A stretch of 64,000 nucleotides of DNA from a virus, in the IMG/VR virus record IMGVR_UViG_3300026189_000003, positions 1-64,000 of that record; one strand, written 5' to 3'. The translations under genes were made by a program, and so were the position numbers. The notes beneath the pieces were generated by a model. It saw only the letters and a program-made list of their open reading frames with translations, did no database searches and was not told the DNA's origin. Of this stretch, positions 1 to 9,395 are shown piece by piece (within the stretch, counting starts at the first letter, position 1; each line of letters begins with the position of its first letter).

Positions 1-113
1 AAGACTACGATGACAACTATGAAGATGACAATTGGGACATGGATGGGGACGCACTTGCTTCCGCAGGTTATGGTACTGATGAAGACTATGGCTACTATGG
101 GGAGGACTACTAA
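1..113 (+). CDS. 3' end of small acidic phage protein (partial)
   Basis: Frame from nt 3 reads DYDDNYEDDNWDMDGDALASAGYGTDEDYGYYGEDY*; TAA overlaps the next ATG (TAATG). Confidence 0.75.
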   Translation, partial: DYDDNYEDDNWDMDGDALASAGYGTDEDYGYYGEDY

Positions 114-1054
114 TGAATTGGAACCTTAAAACATTCTTTCACTTTTGGCCAATGACAATTGTAGTACCGATACTATTAGTTCTAATATTGTTTCCGGGTA
201 TTGCAGGTGCAAAAGATATCACAGTCAAACACACTAAGACAGGTCCTCTGTCAGCAAACACTAAAGACACTTTCTTTGTAGTCGAGGACTTTACTAAAGC
301 AGGTGACAAAGCACAGATGTTTGTACTAGCACATGGACAATGCAAAGGACAAGATTGTAAATGGTCTGCACAAAGATCTGAAAGAGAAATTAAAATCACT
401 GATAGGTCTAAGTCTAAAGTAGGAAACACACTTTTCTATTCAGTAAGTATTTTCATTCCAGAAGAAATGGATGGTAATACTTCTGGAGGTAAATTGAGTT
501 TGTTCCAGGCTAAGATGAAAGGTGTTGATATGCCACTTTGGCAAATGTACACTAACGGTATGGGGTTCCATGTAAAGGTTCCTGCAACTAACGGCAAGAT
601 GTTTTGTGGACTATTCAACAAAGGTGAGTGGCATGATATCGTAGTTAAAGTTGACTATGGTAGAGAATATGTAAAAGACTACAAGTATTTTGAATTGTGG
701 ATCAATGGTGAACACAAACCTGAGTGTACACATAAGTCACAGGTTGTGACAAAGAAAGTTATCAAAGAATCTAAGAGTCACGGATGGAGTAGCAACACAC
801 AACAGATCTCAACAAGATATGGTATCTACAGATGGAATGTAGGTGACTACTTGTATCGTAATGCTTCTTCAGAGATTCGTAAAGCAAACAAAGAAAAGAT
901 GAAAGGTCACAAACAACCAAATGGTTTAACTTCAATCATGTATCCTTTTAAGATGGACTGGGGACATGAAGTACCGACTTTGACTTTGTACTTTGATGAA
1001 ATTAGATATGGTAAGAGTTTGGAAGAAGTAATGCAAAATAAAGCAGTAGACTAG
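113..1054 (+). CDS. Secreted polysaccharide lyase / heparin lyase I-like beta-jelly-roll protein
   Basis: N-terminal signal peptide; motifs QRSE, YSVSIFIP, LFQ, GEWHDIVV, FELWING, YGIYR, LYFDEIR. Confidence 0.65.
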   Translation: MNWNLKTFFHFWPMTIVVPILLVLILFPGIAGAKDITVKHTKTGPLSANTKDTFFVVEDFTKAGDKAQMFVLAHGQCKGQDCKWSAQRSEREIKITDRSKSKVGNTLFYSVSIFIPEEMDGNTSGGKLSLFQAKMKGVDMPLWQMYTNGMGFHVKVPATNGKMFCGLFNKGEWHDIVVKVDYGREYVKDYKYFELWINGEHKPECTHKSQVVTKKVIKESKSHGWSSNTQQISTRYGIYRWNVGDYLYRNASSEIRKANKEKMKGHKQPNGLTSIMYPFKMDWGHEVPTLTLYFDEIRYGKSLEEVMQNKAVD

Positions 1055-1057
1055 GGG

Positions 1058-1085
1058 TTGACAATATACAACTTTGTGCTACTAT
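1058..1085 (+). promoter_or_regulatory. sigma70-type early promoter
   Basis: TTGACA-16 nt-TACTAT with extended -10 TG; followed by SD GGAGAGG. Confidence 0.75.
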
Positions 1086-1109
1086 TAATTAATAACAAAG
1101 GAGAGGTTA

Positions 1110-1463
1110 ATGAAAAAAGAATACGGTAAAGACAATCCACACAAAGATATTGGTAAGCAAAAGTTCAGAGTGAGAAAGGCTTACACGGCTTGGGTTGAAT
1201 ATGATGTTGTAGCTGATTCAAAAGATGAAGCCATCGATGCAGTTATCGAACAAGGTGGCATTGAAAGAATTGAATGGGAAGAAGGTTATCACAAAGATGA
1301 ACCTGTAGAAGTTTATGCACAAGACTACAACTGTGATCCAACAGAATCATTTGAAGCAGTTAAAGTAGCTGAATGTATTCCATATGAAGATTCAGACAGT
1401 ATTGCATATGATGACTATGAATGGTCAACAGATGAGTATGAATGGAAGAAGGAGGCTGAGTAA
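1110..1463 (+). CDS. Acidic hypothetical phage protein
   Basis: ORF with strong SD, downstream of promoter. Confidence 0.8.
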   Translation: MKKEYGKDNPHKDIGKQKFRVRKAYTAWVEYDVVADSKDEAIDAVIEQGGIERIEWEEGYHKDEPVEVYAQDYNCDPTESFEAVKVAECIPYEDSDSIAYDDYEWSTDEYEWKKEAE

Positions 1464-1807
1464 TGGATCCGCAAGACAATCTACCAAAGTCTCTTAAAGA
1501 TGTCAGTGATGAATTTCATATCATCAAAGATGAAAGAGGTTATGCACTCACGCACTATGTACTAGCTGAAAGATTGATGCAGGTAGAAGCTAAACAGATT
1601 CACACAGAAATAAATTTAGATGGAGTATCAGATACACTTATCTATATACTCGAAGGTGGCTTCAGAGGTTATCACAAGTTCACAGCTGATCAACTAAAAG
1701 CAGAATGGCTAGATGGAGCCAATGATAAATGGTTCCAGCTATATGAAGATGGTGAACTGCCATGGGAGATATTTGAAGATGATCCATTGGCAGAGGAGGC
1801 GGCATGA
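1463..1807 (+). CDS. Hypothetical phage protein
   Basis: TAATG coupling, SD GGAGG. Confidence 0.8.
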   Translation: MDPQDNLPKSLKDVSDEFHIIKDERGYALTHYVLAERLMQVEAKQIHTEINLDGVSDTLIYILEGGFRGYHKFTADQLKAEWLDGANDKWFQLYEDGELPWEIFEDDPLAEEAA

Positions 1808-1893
1808 TAGAAGAAGATAAAGGCATTTGGTCAGAGTTCGCAGAAGAAGAACTAGGAAACAATATGCCAGATGATGATGAGGAGGATGAATGA
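1804..1893 (+). CDS. Tiny acidic protein (29 aa)
   Basis: MIEEDKGIWSEFAEEELGNNMPDDDEEDE; ATGA overlaps at both ends, SD GGAGG. Confidence 0.6.
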   Translation: MIEEDKGIWSEFAEEELGNNMPDDDEEDE

Positions 1894-2063
1894 TGGAACC
1901 ACAAGAATCCAATTCTAAGAAACACTTTTGGTTTTCAATCTTTAAAAGTATATTCAGATTAGGAGCCTGTTATGGATTATGGTTAACCGGAGATATGATG
2001 CTACAAGCAGTAGGAATATTTTTGGCCATAGCAGAAATACTAGGAATACTGGAAGAACTTTAG
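1890..2063 (+). CDS. Small phage membrane protein (57 aa)
   Basis: MMEPQESNSKKHFWFSIFKSIFRLGAC...AEILGILEEL; two hydrophobic segments; SD GAGGAGG; not in ORF track. Confidence 0.75.
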   Translation: MMEPQESNSKKHFWFSIFKSIFRLGACYGLWLTGDMMLQAVGIFLAIAEILGILEEL

Positions 2064-2066
2064 GGG

Positions 2067-2094
2067 TTGACAGATCTAAGAACCATGTTAATAT
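2067..2094 (+). promoter_or_regulatory. sigma70-type early promoter
   Basis: TTGACA-16-TAATAT with TG extension. Confidence 0.7.
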
Positions 2095-2129
2095 AATAAT
2101 AATTAAACATTTAACTGAGAGGTAATTAA

Positions 2130-3182
2130 ATGCAAACAGTAACAATAAGAAAAGGATCCTTTGAAGATGCTTCAATCAACGATGTATCTTTTAAGTTGAT
2201 CAAAGACTACCACCCATACAAAGCTGGTGGGGGTTTCTTCCTAGTAGATGGTAGGTCGGCTGATACAGGTGAGTTTCCTGCAAAGCCAATTCGTATCAAA
2301 GTAAAAGCACCTAGTGATGCTGAACTGAGCGATGAGCCAATCATCAAGATCAAGAAATCCAAAGAGCCTGTAGAAACAGATGAGCAGGCGATGGTTAGGA
2401 TCAAAGAAAGATTTGATATCCTAACTGAAATGACTGAAGCCACACAAGAAGGCACAGTGAGAGCAATGATAGTTAGTGGCCCTCCAGGTGTAGGTAAATC
2501 CTACGGTGTTGAGGAACAACTAAACAAGTCAGACATCTTCAACAAGATGGCAGATGTTGCTCCCAAGTTTGAAGTGTGCAGAGGTTCTATGTCAGCTATA
2601 GGATTGTATCAAAAACTTTTCAAACTATCTAACAAAGGAAATATCCTTGTGCTAGATGATTGTGATTCGATCTTGTTTGATGATGTTGCACTTAACATTT
2701 TGAAAGCGGCATTGGACAGTTCCAAGAAAAGATATATCAGTTGGAACACTGAGTCCAGAGTGTTGGCAAATGAAGGTGTGCCAGATCGTTTCGAGTTCAA
2801 CGGTTCGGTGATAATGATCACAAACATCAAATTTGATTATGTGAAATCCAAAAAGCTACAAGACCATTTAGCGGCCATCATGAGTAGATGTCACTACCTG
2901 GATCTTACAATGGACACAGTCAGAGACAGAATGCTTAGATGTAAGCAGGTGTTGGCTGAAGGTGACATGATGAGGGACTACAACTTCTCCAAAGAAGAAC
3001 AGGAAGATGTTATGAACTTCATGGTAGAGAACCAAAAAGGTCTTAACGAAATTAGTTTAAGAATGATAACCAAACTTGCTGATCTAAAGAAGATGAGCAA
3101 TGATTGGAAAAAACTTGCAAGAGTGACTTGCATGAAACGAGGTTCGAGTCCTGCTTACGCAGGCTCAACAGGTTCCTTCTAA
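2130..3182 (+). CDS. AAA+ family ATPase
   Basis: Walker A GPPGVGKS, Walker B LVLDDCD, sensor MITN, Arg finger AIMSR. Confidence 0.9.
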   Translation: MQTVTIRKGSFEDASINDVSFKLIKDYHPYKAGGGFFLVDGRSADTGEFPAKPIRIKVKAPSDAELSDEPIIKIKKSKEPVETDEQAMVRIKERFDILTEMTEATQEGTVRAMIVSGPPGVGKSYGVEEQLNKSDIFNKMADVAPKFEVCRGSMSAIGLYQKLFKLSNKGNILVLDDCDSILFDDVALNILKAALDSSKKRYISWNTESRVLANEGVPDRFEFNGSVIMITNIKFDYVKSKKLQDHLAAIMSRCHYLDLTMDTVRDRMLRCKQVLAEGDMMRDYNFSKEEQEDVMNFMVENQKGLNEISLRMITKLADLKKMSNDWKKLARVTCMKRGSSPAYAGSTGSF

Positions 3183-3222
3183 ACCTCTCAACCTCTCAAA
3201 ACTTAGAGGGAACACAAAGCCT

Positions 3223-3257
3223 GGGCGTAGATCTAATAAGGTTTACGCCCTTTTTTT
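3223..3257 (+). terminator. Rho-independent terminator
   Basis: GGGCGTAGATCT-aata-AGGTTTACGCCC stem followed by T7. Confidence 0.85.
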
Positions 3258-3261
3258 ATGG

Positions 3262-3289
3262 TTGACGGATTGGGTAATTGTGCTATTAT
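3262..3289 (+). promoter_or_regulatory. sigma70-type early promoter
   Basis: TTGACG-16-TATTAT with TG extension. Confidence 0.7.
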
Positions 3290-3326
3290 AATAGTATAAA
3301 TGAAACAACTTAAAGGAGAGGCAAAA

Positions 3327-3563
3327 ATGCACAAACTTGTTTTAATCCTAGTAGCAGGACTTATGCTATCTGGATGTTATGCGACTACTGGTCAAGTGAA
3401 GAAAGACCTTACGGTACTGGGTGGATGTGTTGCTGGCGGAGTAGCTGGTAATCAAGTAGGATCCGGTTCTGGTAAAACTATTGCGACAGCAACTGGTATA
3501 TTGGCTGGATGTAAATTGGGCCAAGTGGTAGCAGACAAAGTGGTTGACAAAGACCAGAAGTAA
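3327..3563 (+). CDS. Glycine-zipper 2TM lipoprotein
   Basis: Lipobox LMLSGC; GGVAGNQVGSGSGK..ATATG glycine zipper; start moved to ATG 3327 after SD GGAGAGG. Confidence 0.85.
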   Translation: MHKLVLILVAGLMLSGCYATTGQVKKDLTVLGGCVAGGVAGNQVGSGSGKTIATATGILAGCKLGQVVADKVVDKDQK

Positions 3564-3605
3564 TATACACTAAACTTATATAAACAATTAACAGAGAGGG
3601 TTAAT

Positions 3606-3986
3606 ATGTACACAGACGAAGCAGTAAAACTAAAGCAGTTCGCATCAGCAAAGATCCCTGCAAAAGACATATGGCAAGAAGCTGTATTGGCTTGTAGGTC
3701 AGCAGTAAAAGAGTTCACAGACAAGCACGGTGAGCCTATGTACTGTGGCTTTGCTTCAGTGAAGATCAGACCGGCTAGGGGTGCTTTTGTAAAGTTCCTT
3801 AAAGCACATGGCATTGGTGACAATGCATGGAACGGCGGTTGGTCGATCAGTTACTACTCTATGATGCAAGATCAACCTTACAGCCATACACAGTCGATGG
3901 ACATCAAAGAACACGGATGTCAAGCATTTGCTGAAGTACTGGAGAAGTACGGTATGAGGGCACACATGGAAAGCAGGGCTGACTAA
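3606..3986 (+). CDS. Conserved hypothetical phage protein
   Basis: ORF with SD GAGAGGG; CGFA motif. Confidence 0.8.
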   Translation: MYTDEAVKLKQFASAKIPAKDIWQEAVLACRSAVKEFTDKHGEPMYCGFASVKIRPARGAFVKFLKAHGIGDNAWNGGWSISYYSMMQDQPYSHTQSMDIKEHGCQAFAEVLEKYGMRAHMESRAD

Positions 3987-4642
3987 TGATGCCCAATCCA
4001 AATCCTATAGTTAGAGTCTTAATGACTCTAACTGTATTCCTGGTAGTGTTGGGTTACACTGTTGCGAGTGCAAATGAACCTGTAGCCAAGTTAACGACCA
4101 AAGCTACAGTTATCCTAAATCAACAGTTGGACAGTAACAAGGTCAACAGTAAGCTACATGATGCAGTTACTTGTCTAGCAGAGAACATATACTTTGAAGC
4201 TAGAGCAGAAAGCTACAGTGGTAAAGCCGCAGTAGGTAATGTGACTAGAAACAGAGTTGAAAGTGGTAGCTTCCCAAATACATATTGTGAAGTTGTGCAA
4301 CAGGGTCCGGTTAGAGAAAGCTGGAAGACCAAAAGCAATCCAGACCTAACTCCTGTTTACTATCCCATCAAGCACAAGTGTCACTTCAGTTGGTACTGTG
4401 ATGGAGAGAAAGATGTCATCTGGGCCAACTATGAGAAGACAGGACAGACCATTGAAATGAATGCAAAGGCTTGGACAGACAGTGTACAGTTGGCAATAAT
4501 GATTGCTGGTGCTACTGAACTACAGATCAAAGACAATACCAAAGGTAGCTTATACTATTACAACCATAACCTAGTCACACCATATTGGGTAGATCATTTT
4601 GATTACATGGGTGTACTGGGCAACCACACATTCATGAGGTAA
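3986..4642 (+). CDS. Cell wall hydrolase, SleB/Hydrolase_2 family
   Basis: CLAENIYFEAR, VGNVTRNRV, FPNTYCEVV, FSWYCDG, PYW, GNHTF; N-terminal signal/TM segment. Confidence 0.92.
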   Translation: MMPNPNPIVRVLMTLTVFLVVLGYTVASANEPVAKLTTKATVILNQQLDSNKVNSKLHDAVTCLAENIYFEARAESYSGKAAVGNVTRNRVESGSFPNTYCEVVQQGPVRESWKTKSNPDLTPVYYPIKHKCHFSWYCDGEKDVIWANYEKTGQTIEMNAKAWTDSVQLAIMIAGATELQIKDNTKGSLYYYNHNLVTPYWVDHFDYMGVLGNHTFMR

Positions 4643-4649
4643 CAATACA

Positions 4650-4871
4650 ATGCGTTTACTAGGTCGAATCATATGCAGTCTAGGACTGATATTCTTTGCT
4701 ACAATTGTACTAACATTTGCTGTACACTTGGGCACCGCAGTTAGCACACTACCTGTATTCAACTACTGTGTGAGCATTGTGTTCCTAGTACTAGCACTTT
4801 GGCTATACAAACTAGCATACCTACAGCTGAAGCCCAAAGAGGTAACAGCTGACATCCCATCTGAGACTTAA
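4650..4871 (+). CDS. Small two-TM membrane protein
   Basis: Two hydrophobic helices; SD GAGG. Confidence 0.6.
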   Translation: MRLLGRIICSLGLIFFATIVLTFAVHLGTAVSTLPVFNYCVSIVFLVLALWLYKLAYLQLKPKEVTADIPSET

Positions 4872-5524
4872 GAAAAAATAATTTCCACCACCGACCGTGT
4901 ATATAGATCTGGGCTTGGAAACCTGGGAAGTGGGCTAACGCAAAAATAAAAAATAATGGGCTATTATATAGGCGGGGCGGTAAACACAGTTGATATGCAA
5001 GAGAGGATAAATGCGAAGCATTATATTAAACTAAGGCGTAGACTTGGTTTAGAACACAAAAACAATTGCGGTACGGAAACTTGGTATTGAAAAAAATTAC
5101 GCAGTAGAAAAATGTGGGCAAACGTATAGAGGTGGTGTGGTTAATACTAAAGCAAAGGTGTATGAAAACCTACCATGTGTGCCATCATGCCCCGGCGGCT
5201 AAACGAAAGATGTCAGGATACTGGGCGAACATATGGAAGAATATGTACCACCACCCTATGAATGCTGTGGCTATCAACACATTTTTAATCATAATGAATA
5301 TTTATAATGGATCGCCGGCCTAGCCAATGCTGTGAGCACAGCGAACACTGATGCACATTGCCCTAAATTTATGCACTTTAAAGCTAAAATAACACACGTA
5401 CAGGGTGTGTCAATTGCTATGCTGTCTACATTAGCACCAACAGAACACCAACAGTACATCATGCTATTACAAGCTAGTACACAGGCGGTCCAATTGTGTG
5501 CATATCAAAACACTAGATTCCAGA

Positions 5525-5550
5525 TTGACCACCATGTATGACGCTTAAAA
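5525..5550 (+). repeat. Dispersed motif TTGACC-N4-TGTATGACGCTTAAAA, copy 1
   Basis: Identical outside N4 to 10709-10734. Confidence 0.8.
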
Positions 5551-5692
5551 GCAGTTTAACCAGGCTCTTTGACACCTTCTCTACTGTGGCACGTTGGTTG
5601 TTCTGTGAGCGATAGCGAACAGTAAGCCCGTGTAAAATAATAACAGTAACAATAACTGTCTGAATTTTATCAGTCGCATACAAAAATACGTC

Positions 5693-6167
5693 TAATACCC
5701 GCCTTATTACTAACATAGTACAAAAAAATGTACTAATACACATACATATAGCTATAAACACCCCGTAAAAAAAGTACTAATACACATACAATACTATAAA
5801 AACACCCTGTTTATACCCCTTAAAAAAAATTTGACACATACTAATACTAGCAAAAACCCGCTAAAACACTGTATTTTATAAAAAAAATGTACTAATACAC
5901 ATACAAAACACTATAAAACCCGCTAAAAAACAGCTATTTTTATAAAAAAACACATACATTTTGCTAAAAAACCACTAAAAAACAGCTATTTTTACTAAAA
6001 AATTGTGCAAATACACTAAAAAAAGTACTAATACACATACAAAATAGCATAAAAACCCCTAAAAAACCCACTAAAACAGCTATTTTTAGTAAAAAAACGT
6101 GCTAATACACATACAAAACAGTAAAAAAAAGGTGCAAATACACTATAAAACAGCTTATAAACACCGG
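5693..6167. repeat. Non-coding iteron-like repeat array with A-tracts (putative origin/packaging site)
   Basis: TACTAATACACATACA at 5731, 5775, 5890, 6026 and (1 mismatch) 6100; GTGCAAATACACTA at 6005 and 6132; CTAAAA(AA)CAGCTATTTTT three times. Confidence 0.85.
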
Positions 6168-6196
6168 TCAAACCGGTATATTTGGGTCAAAGTCTG

Positions 6197-6225
6197 TTGA
6201 CAGAATGCAATTTCAGTGTTATTAT
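6197..6225 (+). promoter_or_regulatory. sigma70-type promoter
   Basis: TTGACA-17-TATTAT with TG extension. Confidence 0.75.
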
Positions 6226-6253
6226 AAAGACTTAATTTACATAAAAGGAAAAA

Positions 6254-6478
6254 ATGGCATATTCAATAGACATAGATGAACGTCCGACCACTGCAAAAGT
6301 TCACTGCACAGATAACGATCAGTGGGTTGAAGCAGAGATACTCAGTCAAAATCAAAAAAACATTGTGATGATAATACAAAAAACTGTTAGATTGTCTTTT
6401 CATGAACACGACAGAAAGCCCGGCACATGGATTGCTAACAGCAATGGATATGAATTTGTTTACAAACAACCAAAATGA
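6254..6478 (+). CDS. Hypothetical phage protein
   Basis: ORF after promoter and SD AAGGA. Confidence 0.75.
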   Translation: MAYSIDIDERPTTAKVHCTDNDQWVEAEILSQNQKNIVMIIQKTVRLSFHEHDRKPGTWIANSNGYEFVYKQPK

Positions 6479-6909
6479 GTGAAAAAACAAAAGCACTGTT
6501 GGACAAATTAAACAAGATAACCGAAGATCCTGACAAGCCCAAATGGCAACCACCTCCACCAAGCATACCTGACACAAACAGAATGTGGAGATCTACCATT
6601 AATCCTGAAACTTACACATTGCCCAAAAGCTATGACAACGACACATGGACCAAAGTAGAAGAAGATGGTGATGTTGATGAGTGGATTGCGTATGACAGAG
6701 TGTACGGAGGCCTAGGAGGACAAAAATTAATAAACAAAGATGGCACAGACTATCAAGGCAAGTTGACCAGAAAACAGATATTGGTACCAAAAAGAGATGG
6801 CACCGGTAACATGAAACAGTATGTAACTGTCACGGCAGATGGCAGATGGTTTAACAATAGTGGTATGCCCATAGAAAAGCCGTCTAATATTGAGGAAGAT
6901 GCTGAATAA
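6475..6909 (+). CDS. Hypothetical phage protein
   Basis: ATGA coupling. Confidence 0.75.
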   Translation: MSEKTKALLDKLNKITEDPDKPKWQPPPPSIPDTNRMWRSTINPETYTLPKSYDNDTWTKVEEDGDVDEWIAYDRVYGGLGGQKLINKDGTDYQGKLTRKQILVPKRDGTGNMKQYVTVTADGRWFNNSGMPIEKPSNIEEDAE

Positions 6910-6957
6910 GTTAAAACGTAATATAAATGGACATTTACAGCTCTAAATAATTAAGCT

Positions 6958-7494
6958 ATGCAGAAATTTACTGATTTACTTGCTGTCGTAGGATTTTTAT
7001 TCATATTGTTATTTGCCGGCAAAGGCAGTGCAAACGAACAGCAATACAAAGAAGATTTTGTAAAACACATAAAGAGTTGTCATGCTTATTATTACAACCA
7101 ACTTCATCCTAACTCTGAATTTGTATTACCAGTACAACTTGCGGTCGGTGTTGCTATACACGAAAGCGATTGGGGTAATTCAAGATTTGCACAAGAAGGC
7201 TACAACTACTATGGCATCAGATCATCAAGCAATGATCCAGATGAGTACATGGTACCTAAGTATGCACCAAACGTCAAGGTAGCAAAATATCTACACAATT
7301 GCAATAGCACTTTTGCATTTATTGATCTTATGATTGGCAGTGGACACTATGCCGAAGCAATGAATATAATCAAGAACAGTGATAAAGATCATTTACCATG
7401 GATAGAAATTTTAAGATCGATCAATGTTAAGTATAGTGTTTCAGAAAACTGGCCAGGAAAAATAGCTTTTATAATTAAATCTTTAGAGACCTAA
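6958..7494 (+). CDS. Glucosaminidase (GH73/Bax-like) peptidoglycan hydrolase
   Basis: AIHESDWGNSRFAQEGYNYYGI and YS motifs; signal peptide. Confidence 0.85.
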   Translation: MQKFTDLLAVVGFLFILLFAGKGSANEQQYKEDFVKHIKSCHAYYYNQLHPNSEFVLPVQLAVGVAIHESDWGNSRFAQEGYNYYGIRSSSNDPDEYMVPKYAPNVKVAKYLHNCNSTFAFIDLMIGSGHYAEAMNIIKNSDKDHLPWIEILRSINVKYSVSENWPGKIAFIIKSLET

Positions 7495-8215
7495 TAATTA
7501 AATCAGCAATAACAGAGTTACCTTTTTTATCAACATGGTAACCTTCATCGATAATATATTTTTTAAGATCTATTTCTTTTTCAATAACTAATTTGTTATC
7601 TAGATTGTCAGGCACAAAAAGATCGTTAAGCCAAAAAATATGCAATACTTTTTTGTTAATTGATTTAACATACATATCACAATATTCAATAGTTTGATTA
7701 TACTTGTTGAACATCAGCGGATGAAGTCTTTCATGCTCTAACCAATATTTTACTCTGGCAATTATTTGGTCTTTTTTAAGATTACTTTTCCTTTGTATTT
7801 CACCAAACATATGATCTATCAGATCTGACTGTTCATCGTTTGCTAGTCTTTCTGCCATTCCTACTGTTAAATGATAATAACTTTGTGTGTTGTCCCATAA
7901 CTGAATATAGTTGTCATACACGTCATGGTCTCTGGTAATTTTTTGATACTTTGCTTTATCAGAACACCACATTAACATTCCTCTGTCCGGTGTAGTGTGT
8001 TGTATGACATACACATCAGGATCGTATTTGCCATGTATATATTTTAATGTGTCTGGGTAGTTGACCCAACTAGCACCTTCACGGCCTGCATTAATAACTT
8101 GATTTTCAGTGTTGTTTTCAGATAAATTATAGTGTACTATATACGGATAAGTATTAGTGTGAGAAAGATTATGACCATGAGTCCAACTGCAACCTATAAA
8201 CGATATTTTTAACAT
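7475..8215 (-). CDS. SGNH/GDSL-like hydrolase paralog 1
   Basis: FIGCSWT block I, INAGREG block II, C-terminal DEGYH. Confidence 0.7.
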   Translation of the reverse strand: MLKISFIGCSWTHGHNLSHTNTYPYIVHYNLSENNTENQVINAGREGASWVNYPDTLKYIHGKYDPDVYVIQHTTPDRGMLMWCSDKAKYQKITRDHDVYDNYIQLWDNTQSYYHLTVGMAERLANDEQSDLIDHMFGEIQRKSNLKKDQIIARVKYWLEHERLHPLMFNKYNQTIEYCDMYVKSINKKVLHIFWLNDLFVPDNLDNKLVIEKEIDLKKYIIDEGYHVDKKGNSVIADLIIRSLKI

Positions 8216-9395
8216 GAACGATAAATTACCTCAAAATTTTTGTATTCTACCATGGACTTCTTTAGAAGTTCAACCAAATGGAACTGTAAAACCATGTTGT
8301 ATGTATAACAGTACATTAAAAAAACCAAATGGTCAAGAGTATTTAATACAAAAAGATGATATTGATGATATCACTAATAGTGATGAAATGCAAACAATAC
8401 GTAAACGTTTTCTAGCAGGAACACAACCACGTGGTTGCCATAGATGCTGGATGGAAGAACTATCTGGTAAAAAATCCAAAAGAGTTAGAGATAATCAAAA
8501 ATATCAACATCATATAAAAGATAAAGTAATATTTGCAGAACAACAAAAACCAAGATACTTAGATTTAAAGCTAGGTAATATATGCAATTTGAAATGCAGA
8601 ATATGTTCTCCACAATATAGTTCCAGATGGATAACTGAACAAAAAAGATATGATAAGATCGACGGGATTGAAAACGATTATTCAAGACTTGATTGGCCAG
8701 AAAAATCAGAACATTTTTGGGAAACAATTGAAAGTGTTATGCCACACCTAGAACATTTAGATTTTACAGGTGGTGAACCGTTTATGATAAAAGAACATTT
8801 TGCATTGCTTGAAAAAATTATAGATAGAGGATATGCAAAAAATATTTCATTGCATTATAACTCAAACGGAACACAGTTACCATTACCGGCACTTAAAAAC
8901 ATTTGGCCTAATTTCAAATATGTTGATGTGCATTTCTCAATTGATGGTATAAACAAACAGTTTGAATATCAAAGACATCCAGCTAAATGGACAGATGCTA
9001 TATCTAATATGAGTGTGTTTAAAGAATATCAAACACCAACTTTTGATTTATGTATATGTCACACTGTTAATATTTTTAATGTTTTTTATCTTCCGGAATT
9101 TTTAGATTGGACTAAAAAGTTTGGCATGAAAGTTTATCTTAACAATTTACATGAACCAAAACACTACAACATCACTTGCCTACCATATGGTGTTAAATTA
9201 ATGATTAAACAGAAACTTGAAGAATACAAAGGAATGAATTTAAGCAATGTAGTCAACTTCATGATGTCTGGCGATAATGTACAACATTTCAAACAGTTCC
9301 AACATCATACTACGAGAACTGATATCGTTAGACACGAAACATTTGACAAAGTCTTTCCTGAGTTATCAACAATGTTTCAAGGAGTAATAGCATGA
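8214..9395 (+). CDS. Radical SAM protein with N-terminal twitch/SPASM-like Cys domain
   Basis: CNLKCRIC, GGEP; N-terminal CILPW..PCC..CHRCW. Confidence 0.92.
   Translation: MNDKLPQNFCILPWTSLEVQPNGTVKPCCMYNSTLKKPNGQEYLIQKDDIDDITNSDEMQTIRKRFLAGTQPRGCHRCWMEELSGKKSKRVRDNQKYQHHIKDKVIFAEQQKPRYLDLKLGNICNLKCRICSPQYSSRWITEQKRYDKIDGIENDYSRLDWPEKSEHFWETIESVMPHLEHLDFTGGEPFMIKEHFALLEKIIDRGYAKNISLHYNSNGTQLPLPALKNIWPNFKYVDVHFSIDGINKQFEYQRHPAKWTDAISNMSVFKEYQTPTFDLCICHTVNIFNVFYLPEFLDWTKKFGMKVYLNNLHEPKHYNITCLPYGVKLMIKQKLEEYKGMNLSNVVNFMMSGDNVQHFKQFQHHTTRTDIVRHETFDKVFPELSTMFQGVIA

Noticed and set aside
3140-3152. tRNA T-arm-like AGGTTCGAGTCCT
   Set aside because: Only a 3-bp stem, no D or anticodon arms or acceptor stem; lies inside the ATPase ORF
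5114-5761. ORFs 5114-5323, 5332-5541 and 5513-5761
   Set aside because: Weak starts, no clear RBS, atypical composition, no recognisable motifs; not called as genes
5831-5836. TTGACA as a promoter -35
   Set aside because: No -10 hexamer at 16-18 nt spacing
5693-6167. CRISPR array
   Set aside because: Repeats are only 16 nt, spacing is irregular, intervening DNA is itself repetitive and low-complexity, and there are no cas genes
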